A stretch of DNA of 37,263 nucleotides from Octopus bimaculoides (lineage: Eukaryota), in contig NC_068983.1 of the NCBI RefSeq assembly GCF_001194135.2, positions 4,387,405-4,424,667 on the forward strand, in the 5' to 3' direction. Both the position numbers and the translations under genes were made by a program. Shown in pieces: positions 21,681 to 30,933 of this stretch; the stretch's first letter is position 1, and each line of letters begins with the position of its first letter. Under the pieces are notes generated by a model. It worked only from the letters and a program-made list of their open reading frames with translations. It was not told the origin of the DNA and did not search any database.

Positions 21681-24600
21681 GGGATAAAGGAAGCAATAAG
21701 GGTGGGTGGGTAGGTAAGTGTACTAGAGTCAAAAAGAATGAGACAGATGGATGAAGATGGGGAGACTGGGGTGGACACAATGAATATCAGCATCAAAGAA
21801 ACAAGTTGACCTTTTTCATCTCCAGCCACACATCTGTTTTATGGCATTGGTCACCCTCCACGGCCAAGTCATGTCTCTTCCACCACCATTTTGGGGTTGA
21901 TGAAATAACTACCAACTGAGCAGTAGAGTTGATGTAATCAAGTAGCCCCCCCCCACCTCCACAATTTCAGGCCTTGTACCTATAGTAGAAAAGATTATTA
22001 TTATTATTACAATTCTGCTGCTCTTTACACAGACCCCTTTTCTACACTGTCAGTCATGTCCTTTCTCCTACCTCTCCCAACCCATAAGTATCATCGGTCA
22101 CCCCATCCCCGACCCTACCCAGTTTCTACAGTTGTCACCTACTCTTCCCTTTTCTTCACCTTCACCCTACATCATCCTTCAGCATTTGTTCATCATTATA
22201 GTAACCCTTCACTCATTCCCTTCATTCATTCACTCAGCTTCTCATACATTCTTGCAACCTCTAAATACATCTTGTTCTCCTTCCTCGCTACCCTTTTCCA
22301 CTAGTTTTAATCTCTCTCCAACTCCACCCCCAGCCACATACAACCTTTCCTGTTCAGCCCCAGCCCCTTCTCTCGTGCTCTGACCTCTTATTCACAACCT
22401 TCAAACCACCTCCACCCTCTCTGGTGTAACCTATGTCAAAGAGGATCTTAATCTTGCAAGCTGCATAGCAACCTCACTAGCGCTGGTGCCATGAAATAAG
22501 CACCCAGTACACACTGTAAAGTGGTTGGCATTAAGAAGGACATCAAGCCATAGAAATCATGCCAAAGTGAACATCAGAGCTTGATACAGTCCAGTGGATT
22601 GTTGGATCTTGTCAACCCATCCAACTCATGCCAGCATGGAAAATGCTAACTGATGATGATGATGATGAAGATGAAGATGGACGTTTTCCAATCATTTTAA
22701 AACAGTTTCTATTATTTCCTCCTACATTTTTCTACAATTTCGTCATCATCATTCTTGAAGTCTCCTTTGTTGGAATCCCAGTTCTTCCCTGAGATCAAGG
22801 ACTCTTCATTCCATAGAACTTATTTTTTTGTAGCTGCATAAATAAATAAATAAATAAATTAATTAATTAATAAGTAATGATATTTACCTGAGTAACCCGA
22901 AGAACAAAGGGAAGCAAATAAATGGCAGACAAAGATAAGAGAACAATCTTCACAGTTACTAACTGTCTGCTGAGCTTTGTGTAGGACTTGAAGCATGTCT
23001 TGGCACAGCAGTTTAGTGAAAGATGTTGGATAAAAATGCAAACTGCAAAGGAAGGTAAAAGGAAAGAATTGGTAATAAAGAATAGAAACAATGGGGAGGA
23101 ATTCTTCCAAAGATTAAAAAATTCCAAGATGTACAAGACATATTTACAGTGTGTATTTGGGTACTTTTTTCATGGTACCTGCAGTAGTGAGGTCACCAAG
23201 TAACTTGCAAAAAAAAAAAATACAAATATAGAAATTATATAAAAATTTGTATAAAATGTACAGAAATTTTATAAACTTATGGAAAAGTATAACTAATTTG
23301 CAAATGAGTCTGGTTTGGTGGTTAGAAACCCTGCTTTTACTGATTGTTTTTGGTGTTTATGTCATCCCAAACAGGAATTTAAACTGGCACTCCATTGATT
23401 GTGGCAACAATGGTTCCAGTTGACTGAATGGAACAACCTGCTTGTGAAATTAAAATGCAAGTAGCTGAGTACTCCACAGACACGTGTATCCTTAATGCAG
23501 TTCTCAGAGAGATTCAGCGTGACACAGAATGTGACAAGGCCGATCCCCTTTCAAGGGGTCTCAGTCTTTTGTCATTGCCTCTGTGAGGCCCAGCGTTCGA
23601 AGGTCATGCTTCACCACCTCATCCCATGTCTTCCTGGGTCTCCTTCTACCCTGGATTCCTTCCACTGATTGGGAGTGGCACTTCTTCACACAGCTCTCCT
23701 CATCCATCCGTAGTACAGGACCAAACCAACGCAAACATCTCTGTTGCATGCCACATCCAATGGTTAAAGGGATCTTGGGAAAAATTCAGGTAAACTTTTG
23801 CTGTTAGACCAGATCCACTTTGAAAGAATGGTTTACCTTAAGATCAAGTGGTTTCTGATAGGGTTTGGTCAAATTTGTTCAAAACCAAAAGCCATAGAAA
23901 TAAAAATCATAAACTTTGCCTTCAAATGAAATGAGAGCAAAAGAGTAAAAATTTACCAAAATTAAAACTTTAGAACAAAAAAGAAATGCAATGAGGTCCT
24001 TAAGGAATTTTTACCTGTTTTGATCCTTCAATTTATTGGCAGTTCTTGAAGGCAATGAAATAATGGCATTAACTAATTCTTGATTGACACTGTCATTCTG
24101 TGGAATCGAACCCTTTTCTACAATACACTCAGCCCACATGACATCCAATAAACAGTGCTGAGTGACAAAGTTCTCCAATAATAACACACAACGGTTAAGT
24201 TTGTAGCCGGCACTGGAAAAAATAAAAGACAAACATTCATTTTTCTGTTTTAACTACAACAATGTCCCATTTCTTTTAGTCTTGTCAAATTGTGGACCAC
24301 CTCAAAACAACTGCCTCTCACCTTTTCATTATAATCTCACACCCTCACCTGCCACACCCCCTATTAAATTCTTGAGCCCTACTACAGCAATACTCCCTTG
24401 GAACTTCCTCTCTACTGACAGAAGAATCAGATGAAATTTACATTTGGTAGAGTGAAGGGTACATCCTCATTGTTTAATGTCCACCTTCCATGCTGGGATG
24501 GGTGAGACGGTTTGACAGGAACCAGCCAGGCAGAACCCTGCACCAGACTTCTGTGACTGTTTTAGGAAGATTTTTACAGCTGGATGCCCTATCATCATCA

Positions 24601-26574
24601 TCATCAACATCCAGTGTTTTAAATCCAGGTTTTGTCCCCGTTAACAGGAGTGGTCAGATCTACTTTAATGTCATAGCAACCATCCTCATACCATCTTGTC
24701 CAGTTTTGGGCATCCTTCCATCTCAAGCTAACCCTCCCAATCTCCTCCTCCACCTGTCCCCTCCACGTCTTCCTCGGTCTACCTTGCTTTTGCAGTCCAT
24801 TCACCTCAAACTCTAGCACTCTCTTCAGAACATGCTCTTCATCCTTCCTCAACACATGCGCATACCACCACACTCCATTCACCCTTGCCAGCCATTACAC
24901 CGATTCCTCCAACCCTAGCATCCCTAAAAGCATAAAAGACTAAAATCTATTCCACCAGGATTCTTCCACCACTGGGCTCCATATAGCCCTTGGCGGTCCA
25001 TGTAAGATTTTGTTGTTAAAATTTATCTCCAACGAATTGGTTATATTTCAACAATGCCCAAAATATTTTGATCTTTTCAATACAATTCCTAATACTACTT
25101 AATCATAAAAATAGGAGTTTTAAGACATCGAAGGGTTGTGAAGGTCGCACTCCCTGGGTAAAACAGGAATCAAAGGGGTCCAAGAAATGGCTGAGAGGCA
25201 CAGGTTGTGAACTCGGTCTATCTCACCAAAGAACAAATGAAATGAAAGTAAAATGTAAAACCGAAACAAAACGAAATATCTGAAGGAAATAAATTCAACC
25301 CAAACCAAAATTGGAAACCGAATGCCGTGTAAACCGAAGGGTAATCAGGGCCTGTCCAGTCGAGACCATCCTGCCTTTTGTGGGTAATATCCCTGGGACT
25401 GCATTATCCAATGTGTACTTTATTTAAAAGGAAGGTACAGTGCGGTTTGACGAAGACTTGGCTGCTATTTCTAGTCTAATGGAATAGGTAGTATAGAGGG
25501 TCACTCGTTGAGAGAAGGGGACTCTTTTACTTGGATAATTTCTGTTCATCGAAGTTTCGAGCGTGTCGGACAAAATGCTTATCAGCATTTCTTCCGGTTC
25601 TTTACGTACCAAATTCAAATTCCACCGAGGTCGACTTTGCCTTTCATCCTTTCGGAGTCGATAGAATAAGTACCAATTGAGTACGGTAATCGACGTATCC
25701 AACGCCTAAAATTGCCGGCTTTGTGCTAAAATTTAAAACAATTATTATTATTCCTTATATCTGTGGGATTTGAATTAAGTTCCGAATTCAAATTCTGCTG
25801 ACGTCAATTTGGTTTTGATAAAATAAAATACCAGTCGCATAGGGAGATCAATTTAAACTATCATACCTTCCCCTAAAATATTTGTGTTATTATGTCGATG
25901 TCGATGTTAAAAAATGATACACATTATTTTCAGAACCAAATTATCTCTGGTACCCCCGTTTCATACCTTCTACTCTAGGACTAAATTATCAACGTGGTTG
26001 ATTAGGAACAACCCAGAAACAAAGTTGCTGAGAAACGCATGAACCTCACAACACAGCATTTACCCATTTATCTATATTTATAAATTTGTTTGATCACTCG
26101 TAGCTGTTGGTAAGAAATCAATAACAATGATAATTAATAGTAATCGATATAAACTTACTTGGAAGAACAAATATGATGCATAAGACTTAGGAAGGATGCG
26201 GAATGGTTCCCACGTAAGAATACGATTTTTAAAGCAACGTCCAGTTTGGTTTTGTCCAGTTTTTCCACCCATTCAAGAGAAAGTTTCGAAAGAAGAACAT
26301 CAACAAAACGCGAAAAATGGTTCTGAAGGAAACAACTTCTTGCTTGAGATTTTTCGCCATAACTTGGAAAATACTGGTTGAGTAAGGGATCACTGGAAGC
26401 CTGAGCCCTCCTGGTTAAACTACCTTCGTCTCCTGCAGTAATTTTAGAAGCTGAAATAAGGGCCACAACAGTGTCCAGGGAACTCATCACTTGATAGGGG
26501 TCGGTACTTGAGAGACCCACATGCAGTTCTTTCAATAAATTAAGAACTTTACCGTTTATCTCTGGCTTCGACAT
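1609..26574 (-). CDS. TELO2: Telomere length regulation protein TEL2 homolog (TTT complex, PIKK co-chaperone), 19 coding exons, about 852 aa
   Basis: Exons on minus strand: 26574-26159, 24212-24015, 23042-22888, 21219-21072, 18864-18762, 17857-17789, 16358-16217, 15256-15120, 13641-13580, 13374-13261, 11569-11481, 10624-10533, 9589-9473, 8465-8394, 7840-7575, 6126-6027, 4651-4587, 3802-3687, 1706-1609. All introns are GT-AG, phases chain, and the total is 2559 nt (853 codons including stop). Peptides are collinear with remembered human TELO2, e.g. WGDTSAIRHT, DLDSDDDFEPFDMS, YNIRQRMD, WREVVQKRIDSKTRR, NRFSSVAGHFFYPL, LDLLGED, DDPDTEC. Confidence 0.95.
2085..2381. mobile_element. hAT (Charlie-like) non-autonomous element
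   Basis: TIRs CAGTGGTTCCCAAA and TTTGGGACCCGCTG; 8 bp flanks CTCTAAAC and GACTAAAA partly match. A related copy lies in the opposite orientation at 34978-35277. Confidence 0.65.
2915..3164 (-). mobile_element. tRNA-headed, hammerhead-bearing repeat, copy 1
   Basis: A box TGGCATAGTGG, B box GTTCGATTCC, (AAT)n spacer, then AAAAATACCTTAGGAATGAGAACCCAGG and the hammerhead module. Confidence 0.75.
2936..2981 (-). ncRNA. Minimal type I hammerhead ribozyme motif (copy 1)
   Basis: GACAC-CTGATGA-A-GGCTG(10 nt)CAGCC-GAAA-TGTT-GTGTT. C to T at position 15.2 gives a U-G wobble in helix III. Confidence 0.7.
3236..3362. mobile_element. 127 bp Tc1/mariner-type MITE
   Basis: TIRs of about 28 bp (TAGGGTGTCCACAAAGTCTGGGTACATGG and CCATGTACCCAGACTTTGTGGACAGCCTG); TA at 3234-3235 and 3363-3364. 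Confidence 0.85.
3687..3802 (-). CDS. TELO2: TELO2 coding exon 18 (SVRRAILFGVS...FRQWLQ)
   Basis: Acceptor GTTGCAG|, donor G|GTCAGT; 116 nt, phase 2 to 1. Confidence 0.92.
4587..4651 (-). CDS. TELO2: TELO2 coding exon 17 (AVKRMGRCLLEFIWPLRYHPQ)
   Basis: Acceptor GTATTTCAG|, donor AG|GTAAAT; 65 nt, phase 0 to 2. Confidence 0.92.
5100..5410 (-). mobile_element. tRNA-derived SINE family with GCTCCAGTCCACTCAGCTGGCAAAAATG motif
   Basis: Head TGGCTTAGTGGTTAGGG...GTTCAATTCC; related copies at about 12060-12310(+), 17270-17590(-), 20570-20765(+), 23370-23550(-). Confidence 0.7.
5616..5836. mobile_element. piggyBac-type MITE
   Basis: TTAA-CCCTT...AAGGA-TTAA (TTAA at 5612-5615 and 5837-5840). Confidence 0.6.
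6027..6126 (-). CDS. TELO2: TELO2 coding exon 16 (KDNCLDLLGEDCMVLERLLMTLG...AVNTM)
   Basis: Acceptor CTATTCCAG|, donor ATG|GTAATT; 100 nt, phase 2 to 0. Confidence 0.93.
7409..7454 (+). ncRNA. Minimal type I hammerhead ribozyme motif, intact core (copy 2, within headless repeat about 7365-7545)
   Basis: GACGC-CTGATGA-A-GGCTG GAGGGTATAT CAGCC-GAAA-CGTT-GTGTT. Palindromic ACGT helix III, predicted GUU cleavage after 7449, stem I GACGC/GTGTT. Confidence 0.75.
7575..7840 (-). CDS. TELO2: TELO2 coding exon 15 (VLAVAVQQLASP...VAGHFFYPLIKNYD)
   Basis: Acceptor CATTTTAG|, donor AG|GTGAGT; 266 nt, phase 0 to 2. Confidence 0.93.
8015..8380 (+). mobile_element. tRNA-derived SINE with CORE-like GGCACCTTGGGCAAGTG and internal (TA)/(TG) microsatellite
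   Basis: Alignable copies at about 28165-28545(-) and 35405-35765(-); partial copies at 10258-10340(-) and 18560-18700(-). Confidence 0.75.
8394..8465 (-). CDS. TELO2: TELO2 coding exon 14 (TATYLTSQVYASNYNIRQRMDTLE)
   Basis: Acceptor TTCTTACAG|, donor GAG|GTGAAG; 72 nt. Confidence 0.93.
8553..8790 (+). repeat. Compound (GAT)/(GAG) microsatellite
   Basis: Imperfect trinucleotide tract in TELO2 intron 13. Confidence 0.95.
9473..9589 (-). CDS. TELO2: TELO2 coding exon 13 (IAAEFAKILLHL...RLKALVALLVECPVE)
   Basis: Acceptor TATTTACAG|, donor GAG|GTAAGT; 117 nt. Confidence 0.92.
10533..10624 (-). CDS. TELO2: TELO2 coding exon 12 (LIGTEDPERVEACLKVAEELI...LAE)
   Basis: Acceptor GTTTTAAAG|, donor GAA|GTAAGT; 92 nt, phase 1 to 0. 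Confidence 0.92.
11334..11379 (+). ncRNA. Degenerate hammerhead motif (copy 3, within headless repeat about 11288-11468)
   Basis: CTGATGA and stem II are intact, but GAAACGTT has become AAAATATT (catalytic G12 lost). Confidence 0.55.
11481..11569 (-). CDS. TELO2: TELO2 coding exon 11 (DDDFEPFDMSHD...PKYLRDCME)
   Basis: Acceptor GTTGGCAG|, donor G|GTAAGC; 89 nt, phase 2 to 1. Confidence 0.93.
12767..13032. mobile_element. hAT-type MITE
   Basis: TIRs CAGTGGCAGACT and AGTCCACCACTG; 8 bp target duplication TTGCTAAT / CTGCTAAT (7 of 8 identical). Confidence 0.8.
13261..13374 (-). CDS. TELO2: TELO2 coding exon 10 (VAEKISEV...QESDLDS)
   Basis: Acceptor AATTTAG|, donor AG|GTCAGT; 114 nt; acidic linker ending in the conserved SDLDS. 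Confidence 0.88.
13580..13641 (-). CDS. TELO2: TELO2 coding exon 9 (YEMSDDIKTLQQLAIPPDKP)
   Basis: Acceptor CTTTTACAG|; the phase 2 start of exon 10 requires the weak donor AA|GTACTG; 62 nt. Confidence 0.8.
13901..14175 (-). mobile_element. tRNA-headed, hammerhead-bearing repeat, copy 4 (most complete)
   Basis: Same head, (AAT)n spacer, hammerhead and AT-rich tail ending TTCCTCATCTCTTAAATATAGAACTG; the same tail follows the copies at 7365 and 11288. Confidence 0.78.
13980..14025 (-). ncRNA. Minimal type I hammerhead ribozyme motif (copy 4)
   Basis: GACAC-CTGATGA-A-GGCTG GAGGGTATAT CAGCC-GAAA-TGTT-GTGTT. Confidence 0.7.
14245..14684 (+). mobile_element. tRNA-headed, hammerhead-bearing repeat, copy 5, interrupted by a SINE at about 14331-14548
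   Basis: Head 14245-14320 and AAT spacer; the body resumes at 14549 (ACATCAAAAAATACCTTAGG). The hammerhead at 14599-14640 is degenerate (stem II mismatches, deletion after GAAAC). Confidence 0.72.
15120..15256 (-). CDS. TELO2: TELO2 coding exon 8 (LVSSIMYGMQNHL...RLGMVVTE...LKFG)
   Basis: Acceptor CATTTGTAG|, donor GGT|GTAAGT; 137 nt, phase 1 to 0. Confidence 0.92.
15402..15876. mobile_element. Two direct copies of a piggyBac-type MITE of about 220 bp (15402-15622 and about 15655-15876)
   Basis: TTAA-CCCTTT...AAAGGG-TTAA; the two interiors are clearly alignable (TCTGTGGTACAA, GTCACAATTTATGTTCCTA, AAGAAACACAGAGCATCTCAA). Confidence 0.8.
16217..16358 (-). CDS. TELO2: TELO2 coding exon 7 (VIKNLVNVWGDTSAIRHTSYEQH...LRK)
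   Basis: Acceptor TTTTTTCAG|, donor G|GTGGGT; 142 nt, phase 0 to 1. Confidence 0.92.
17789..17857 (-). CDS. TELO2: TELO2 coding exon 6 (TLLLQNILGYLASSSNRRPLFLQ)
   Basis: Acceptor CTTTGCAG|, donor CAG|GTAAAT; 69 nt. Matches remembered human [21 protein letters not shown]. Too short for the ORF track. Confidence 0.92.
18762..18864 (-). CDS. TELO2: TELO2 coding exon 5 (YGIVEMFLGD...KILLHRYFTN)
   Basis: Acceptor TTTTGGCAG|, donor AAT|GTAAGG; 103 nt, phase 2 to 0. Confidence 0.88.
21072..21219 (-). CDS. TELO2: TELO2 coding exon 4 (DELWNGTLPEL...APDRSIESVIVPLLLKVP)
   Basis: Acceptor TCTTTCAG|, weak donor TG|GTTTGT; 148 nt, phase 1 to 2. Confidence 0.85.
22888..23042 (-). CDS. TELO2: TELO2 coding exon 3 (LHFYPTSFTKLLC...LCSSGYS)
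   Basis: Acceptor TTTGCAG|, donor G|GTAAAT; 155 nt, phase 2 to 1. Confidence 0.88.
23555..23760 (-). mobile_element. RTE-clade LINE C-terminal fragment
   Basis: LRWFGPVLRMDEESCVKKC...GRRRPRKTWDEVVKHDL matches the RTE LRWxGHVxRM / GRPRKTW C-terminal motif. Confidence 0.85.
24015..24212 (-). CDS. TELO2: TELO2 coding exon 2 (AGYKLNRCV...LPSRTANKLKDQN)
   Basis: Acceptor TTTTCCAG|, donor AG|GTAAAA; 198 nt, phase 2 to 2. Confidence 0.88.
24592..24905 (-). mobile_element. RTE-clade LINE 3' end (second subfamily) with (GAT)n tail
   Basis: VWWYAHVLRKDEEHVLKRVLEFEVNG...GRPRKTWRGQVEEE; a shorter copy of the same sequence lies at about 33955-34050(-). Confidence 0.85.
26159..26574 (-). CDS. TELO2: TELO2 coding exon 1 (MSKPEING...HHICSS)
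   Basis: ATG in AACCATGT context; donor AA|GTAAGT; 416 nt, ends phase 2. FLQNHFSRFVDVLLSKLSLEWVEKL resembles the TELO2 N-terminus. Confidence 0.88.
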
Positions 26575-27089
26575 GGTTAGGCTTTGTTTAAGCTTATTAT
26601 GGGGATCGATATATTAAAGGGATTCTATTAAATATGGATTTAAATCATAGATTTACTGTAAAGATTGATAAGAATCACAGAAGAAAGTAAAACCGCGACA
26701 TCTTTATGTCTCAATGTTTACAAGCCATTGAAAAGTACGGATGACGAAACGGGAAATAACTTTGTATATATGGTAGCAGCAACATGTCATAAATTTCGTT
26801 CTTCGTAAAAGTTTACTGCGTTTCTACATAATTATTCTTTTCTTTAATAAATAACCGACACATCAGTTGTGTTCCTTCTTGAGAACATGATATATTACAA
26901 AAGACCCTTATAGGTTTAAAATCAATTCTGCGTTTGTCCAGTAATTAAACTTTATTAAATACAATGTGCAACTGTAAACGGTTGGCTATTTTTTTTTTTT
27001 TTTTTCGGCTGGTCAAGATGCTTTCGCAGACAAGACAAATTACAGTTAACACATAGTTTAGGCAATCGAAACAAACGAAAGGAAATCGA

Positions 27090-27098
27090 CCGGAAGTG
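27090..27098 (+). promoter_or_regulatory. ETS/GABP-type motif CCGGAAGTG in a CpG-retaining region about 520 bp upstream of the TELO2 ATG
   Basis: Exact motif match in unique, CpG-richer sequence; promoter role is inferred. Confidence 0.35.
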
Positions 27099-27489
27099 AT
27101 GACATGATATCTCGTAATTTGTGAAATCCTTCGACATGACATCTCCAATTGGTAAAACCACTAAATTTTATAAACGAAATTCCCTTATTATGCCGCATTT
27201 GCAGGTACATACTTGCACAGTACCTTCTAATGATGTCAAGTATATTAGAAATAACGAAGTTACCCCGATCCAAAGTATTCTATCCAGCAACGAACCACTA
27301 TGAAAGCAATTCGGCGGCTTACTTGTATGTCGATGCATGATAGCCACCACACCTACACATGTGCAAGGCAACAATCTTGCACGACTACTGAGCAGTACAT
27401 AAGGAATTGATAGGAAATGACGTTGTTTCTGTTGATTCGCATTCTATATATTGGTTGTGCTACATAAAATGCTTACATGAAATTATCAG

Positions 27490-28141
27490 ATGCCACTGAG
27501 AAAATAACATTCTTCCACGGCTCCAGGGACCAATTCTGTAGGTTTTTGTTCCACTCTGAATGCTTTGCAACGTTTGTTTTTGAAAGCAGTGACTTTCTGA
27601 TTGCAGCTCTCCCGTGAAATCTGGCTTTGTGCAGTTCCCGGCAAACAGTTTTTGTGGAAACTGAGTTCTCGGGGTGGTCATTAAGCTCTGCAGTAATTCT
27701 GGGAGCTGTACTTTTGTGATCCTTTCTAACAATATGTGTAAGAGTCCGATGGTCCCTATCTGAAAGTTTTGATTTTCTGCCAGAGTTTTGTTTCAATGAG
27801 GAAGTTTTTCCCTCTTTCTCAAAGGCTGTCATTACTTTCAAGACAGTAATTCTTGATACACCAAACATTTCGGCTTCTTTTCATTACGCTAGCGCCTGTC
27901 ATACGAGCACCAACAATTTGACCACTTTGAAAGTCCAATAGATCTGTCATTTTAATGAATTTTAATTATCTTTTTCTGATGATATTTGAAAAGAAGCAGC
28001 AATTTTAGCAAAACATATTAAGCAACACTAATAATGAATGAAAAAAACATAAAAACAAACAAGCTTTTGATGGTTTTATAGATATTTTCAAAATTATGAT
28101 GCTATGATGCTAGGTGTTACCATTAATTTGTCCAACTCTTG
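27490..28141 (-). mobile_element. Tc1-family transposon remnant (left TIR plus N-terminal transposase, frameshifted, 3' truncated)
   Basis: TA-CAAGAGTTGGACAAATTAATGGTAACACC TIR ending at 28141. ATG at 27950 (MTDLLDFQSGQIVGAR), frameshift near 27880, then FGVSRITV...SGRKSKLSDRDHR...AAIRKSLLS...WKNVIFS; it stops before the DDE domain. Confidence 0.88.
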
Positions 28142-28365
28142 TAGATATGTGTGTGTGTGTGTGTGTTCTTTTACTCTTTGACTGCAGCCTTACTGGAGCA
28201 CGACCTTTAGTTGAACAAATCAACCCCAGGACTTATTCTTTGTGAGCCTAGTACTTATTCTATCAGTCTCTTTTGCTGGACTGCAAAGTTACAGGGATGT
28301 AAACACACCAGCATCGGTTATCAAGCAATGGTAGGCAGACAAACAGACACACAATTACACATACA

Positions 28366-28396
<31 letters not shown>

Positions 28397-29194
28397 CGAC
28401 AGGCTTCTTTCAGTTTCCATCTACCAAATCCACTGACAAAGCTTTGGTTGGCCCAAGGTTATAGTAGAAAACACTTACCTAAGGTGCCACACAGTAGGAC
28501 TGAACCTGAAACCATGCGGCTGGGTAGCAAGCTTCTTACCATACAGCCACTCATGCGCCTATATACATATGTGTATAAAGATATTTTATGCACAATATAC
28601 AATGAATCAGAAGGCCTGGAATACATTTAAATATTAGAAAAATTCCAGCTGTAAAAGAAATATAACAATGGAAACATATTTTCTCTTCACTTTTGATATA
28701 CAAAAAGACAAATAAGAGGTGGGAGTGTCCTGACTGACCATCCCATAGCTTGTTGACTGTTCCTCAGGGATGTATCCAGTTTCTTTCCTTTGTTCATAGC
28801 ATAAAATATTCATCTCTTATATAAAGCAGTCCTAAATTAGGCTAATACCAGAAGGGAACCAGATATATCTCTTCTGAGGAGCAGCTAAGTGTGAAAATAG
28901 TCCATCGCTCTCCGTATTTCCTGAACATCAAAAGCATAGAAGGAATGTTTACATGCTCACCTTTCTGTCACTGCCAGGCTTTCTAACACACACACATACA
29001 TACACGCACACACATACATACACGCACACACACATGCATGCATACATATTGGTGTTCCAAATTCCAGAGTCAGAACAAATAGGGGCCCATGTATTAGGTA
29101 ACAAAGTGGGAATATTATTATTTATACAATAGCATAATCCCAAGAATGCCAAATTACAAAATGGTTCCTGTGTGTGTGTGCGTCTTTGCTTGGC

Positions 29195-29402
29195 TGTCTA
29201 TCTTTCTGTCTGTTTGTCTGTCTATCTATCTATCTATCTGTCTGTCTATCTATATCTATCTATCTATCTATCTATCTGTCTGTCTGTTTGTCTGTCTATC
29301 TCTCTATCTGTCTGTCTATTTATCTGTCAGTTTCTCTGTCTGTCTATCTATCTATCTATCTATCTGTCTGTCTATCTATCTGTTTGTCTGTCTATCTATC
29401 TA

Positions 29403-29477
<75 letters not shown>

Positions 29478-29540
29478 GTGTCAGTTTCTCTGTCTATCTA
29501 TCTGTCTGTCTATCTATCTGTCTAGAGAGAGAGAGAGACA
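29195..29540 (+). repeat. (TCTA)/(TCTG) tetranucleotide array ending in (GA)n
   Basis: Direct inspection; lies between the two genes. Confidence 0.95.
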
Positions 29541-30861
29541 GATTCTATAAGGAACTTTAATATCCGACACATTTCCTTCCTTTTTAATTTTACTGAATAG
29601 GAGAGTTACGGTATTTGCCCCCAAAATTGTTAGAAAATATTTGTACTTTGACCCCTGAAAATATTTTGTTTCCGGGTCAACATCACGACATCATCATTTA
29701 TTTGTCTGGCAGTAAACTGTCTCGCTTAATTAAGAGAGATTTAATCCAGCATAAACCAAACACTCTTGATAAATATTTGAAAAAACAACAAACAAACAAA
29801 TAAAAACGGTATATTTTATTTATCTAACGTAATCTGATCTCAGAGTGTGATACTATTTATAAAGATATCAAATATCAAATGTCTGGATTTCCAGTTGAGA
29901 TTTAAACAGCAGCATTAGACATATGTATATATCATTCGTGGATGGTTAATTAACGCTAGAGACAGGGTGGAAGTGGGTGAAGAATCGTTCGTGTTTGTCT
30001 TGTATACACTTATGCTATAAAGGAATTGAAACAATTCCAATAATGTAATCAAAATAAACTTCGGAGTGTTCTCAACTCGCTGGAAACCTGCGTCGTTCGA
30101 TGGTGCTGTTCTTCCTTGGAAAAATATTCCAAAATTTTCCGTCACCTCTCGAACAATTTGCCGAAGCTGATGTACCTATGTATCGTTGTATAAATCACCA
30201 CAACCCCACCTCCTCCGGCATTAGTCATAGGGAGACAGACTGGAGTTTTGGAAAGGAATCCAGACAGTAATTTTACGTCTCCAGGGAAGTTCTGACTCAG
30301 CCCCCGTTCAATAAAGGGCATTAACTCTTGAGCAGGTGCTCTGCTTAATTGCATATTAATTTACATATTTTTATGGTGTCTGTAATGTTTAAACCGGTGA
30401 TTATTTAGCAGCCGGTGGTTGTATTACTAGATGTTATTTACTACTGGAGGTTTGGTATCGTAGTCTCTTCCCCCACCACCCTCGTTAAGCATCTTACACC
30501 CCTACCTACTTCATTCTCGGTCGACAATACGAAACGTGATACAATCACATACTAATATTATGTTCGGACACCTTCGGTAACGGGTTTATTTTGTTTTTCT
30601 ATCCTCCGCCGTCACCGCTAACCTCAGCAATTCAGTGGAGGCCCACATAGAGTTAATCTACTGATAAATAAAGCTTCGTAACAACCTCAGTGACAAAGCC
30701 TCGGAGTGGCTTCGCATCTGGTTACTAACCACAAACAGCCCGGCTTAACATCAATAAACAAACATCGACCGACATTGCGATAAACGACTTAGAGATCCGA
30801 GAAGGGTGCAAAAGATCGCTGCGAAAAAGTTTCCAGACTCGCCGTGATCTTCGTAGAGGCC

Positions 30862-30933
30862 ATGGCAGAAACCACAGAAGATAAGAAGGAACCAGAGACT
30901 AAACGAGCTGCCCACACATACCCACTTATACGA
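30862..30933 (+). CDS. DNAL4: DNAL4 first coding exon (24 codons)
   Basis: Strong Kozak GGCCATGG; donor CGA|GTAAGT. Confidence 0.9.

Noticed and set aside
26155-26574. Standalone 139 aa protein
   Set aside because: It is TELO2 exon 1; the TAA lies within the GTAAGT donor.
29146-29560. Three overlapping ORFs of 117-134 aa (LSIYLSVC repeats)
   Set aside because: A stop-free tetranucleotide array, not coding.
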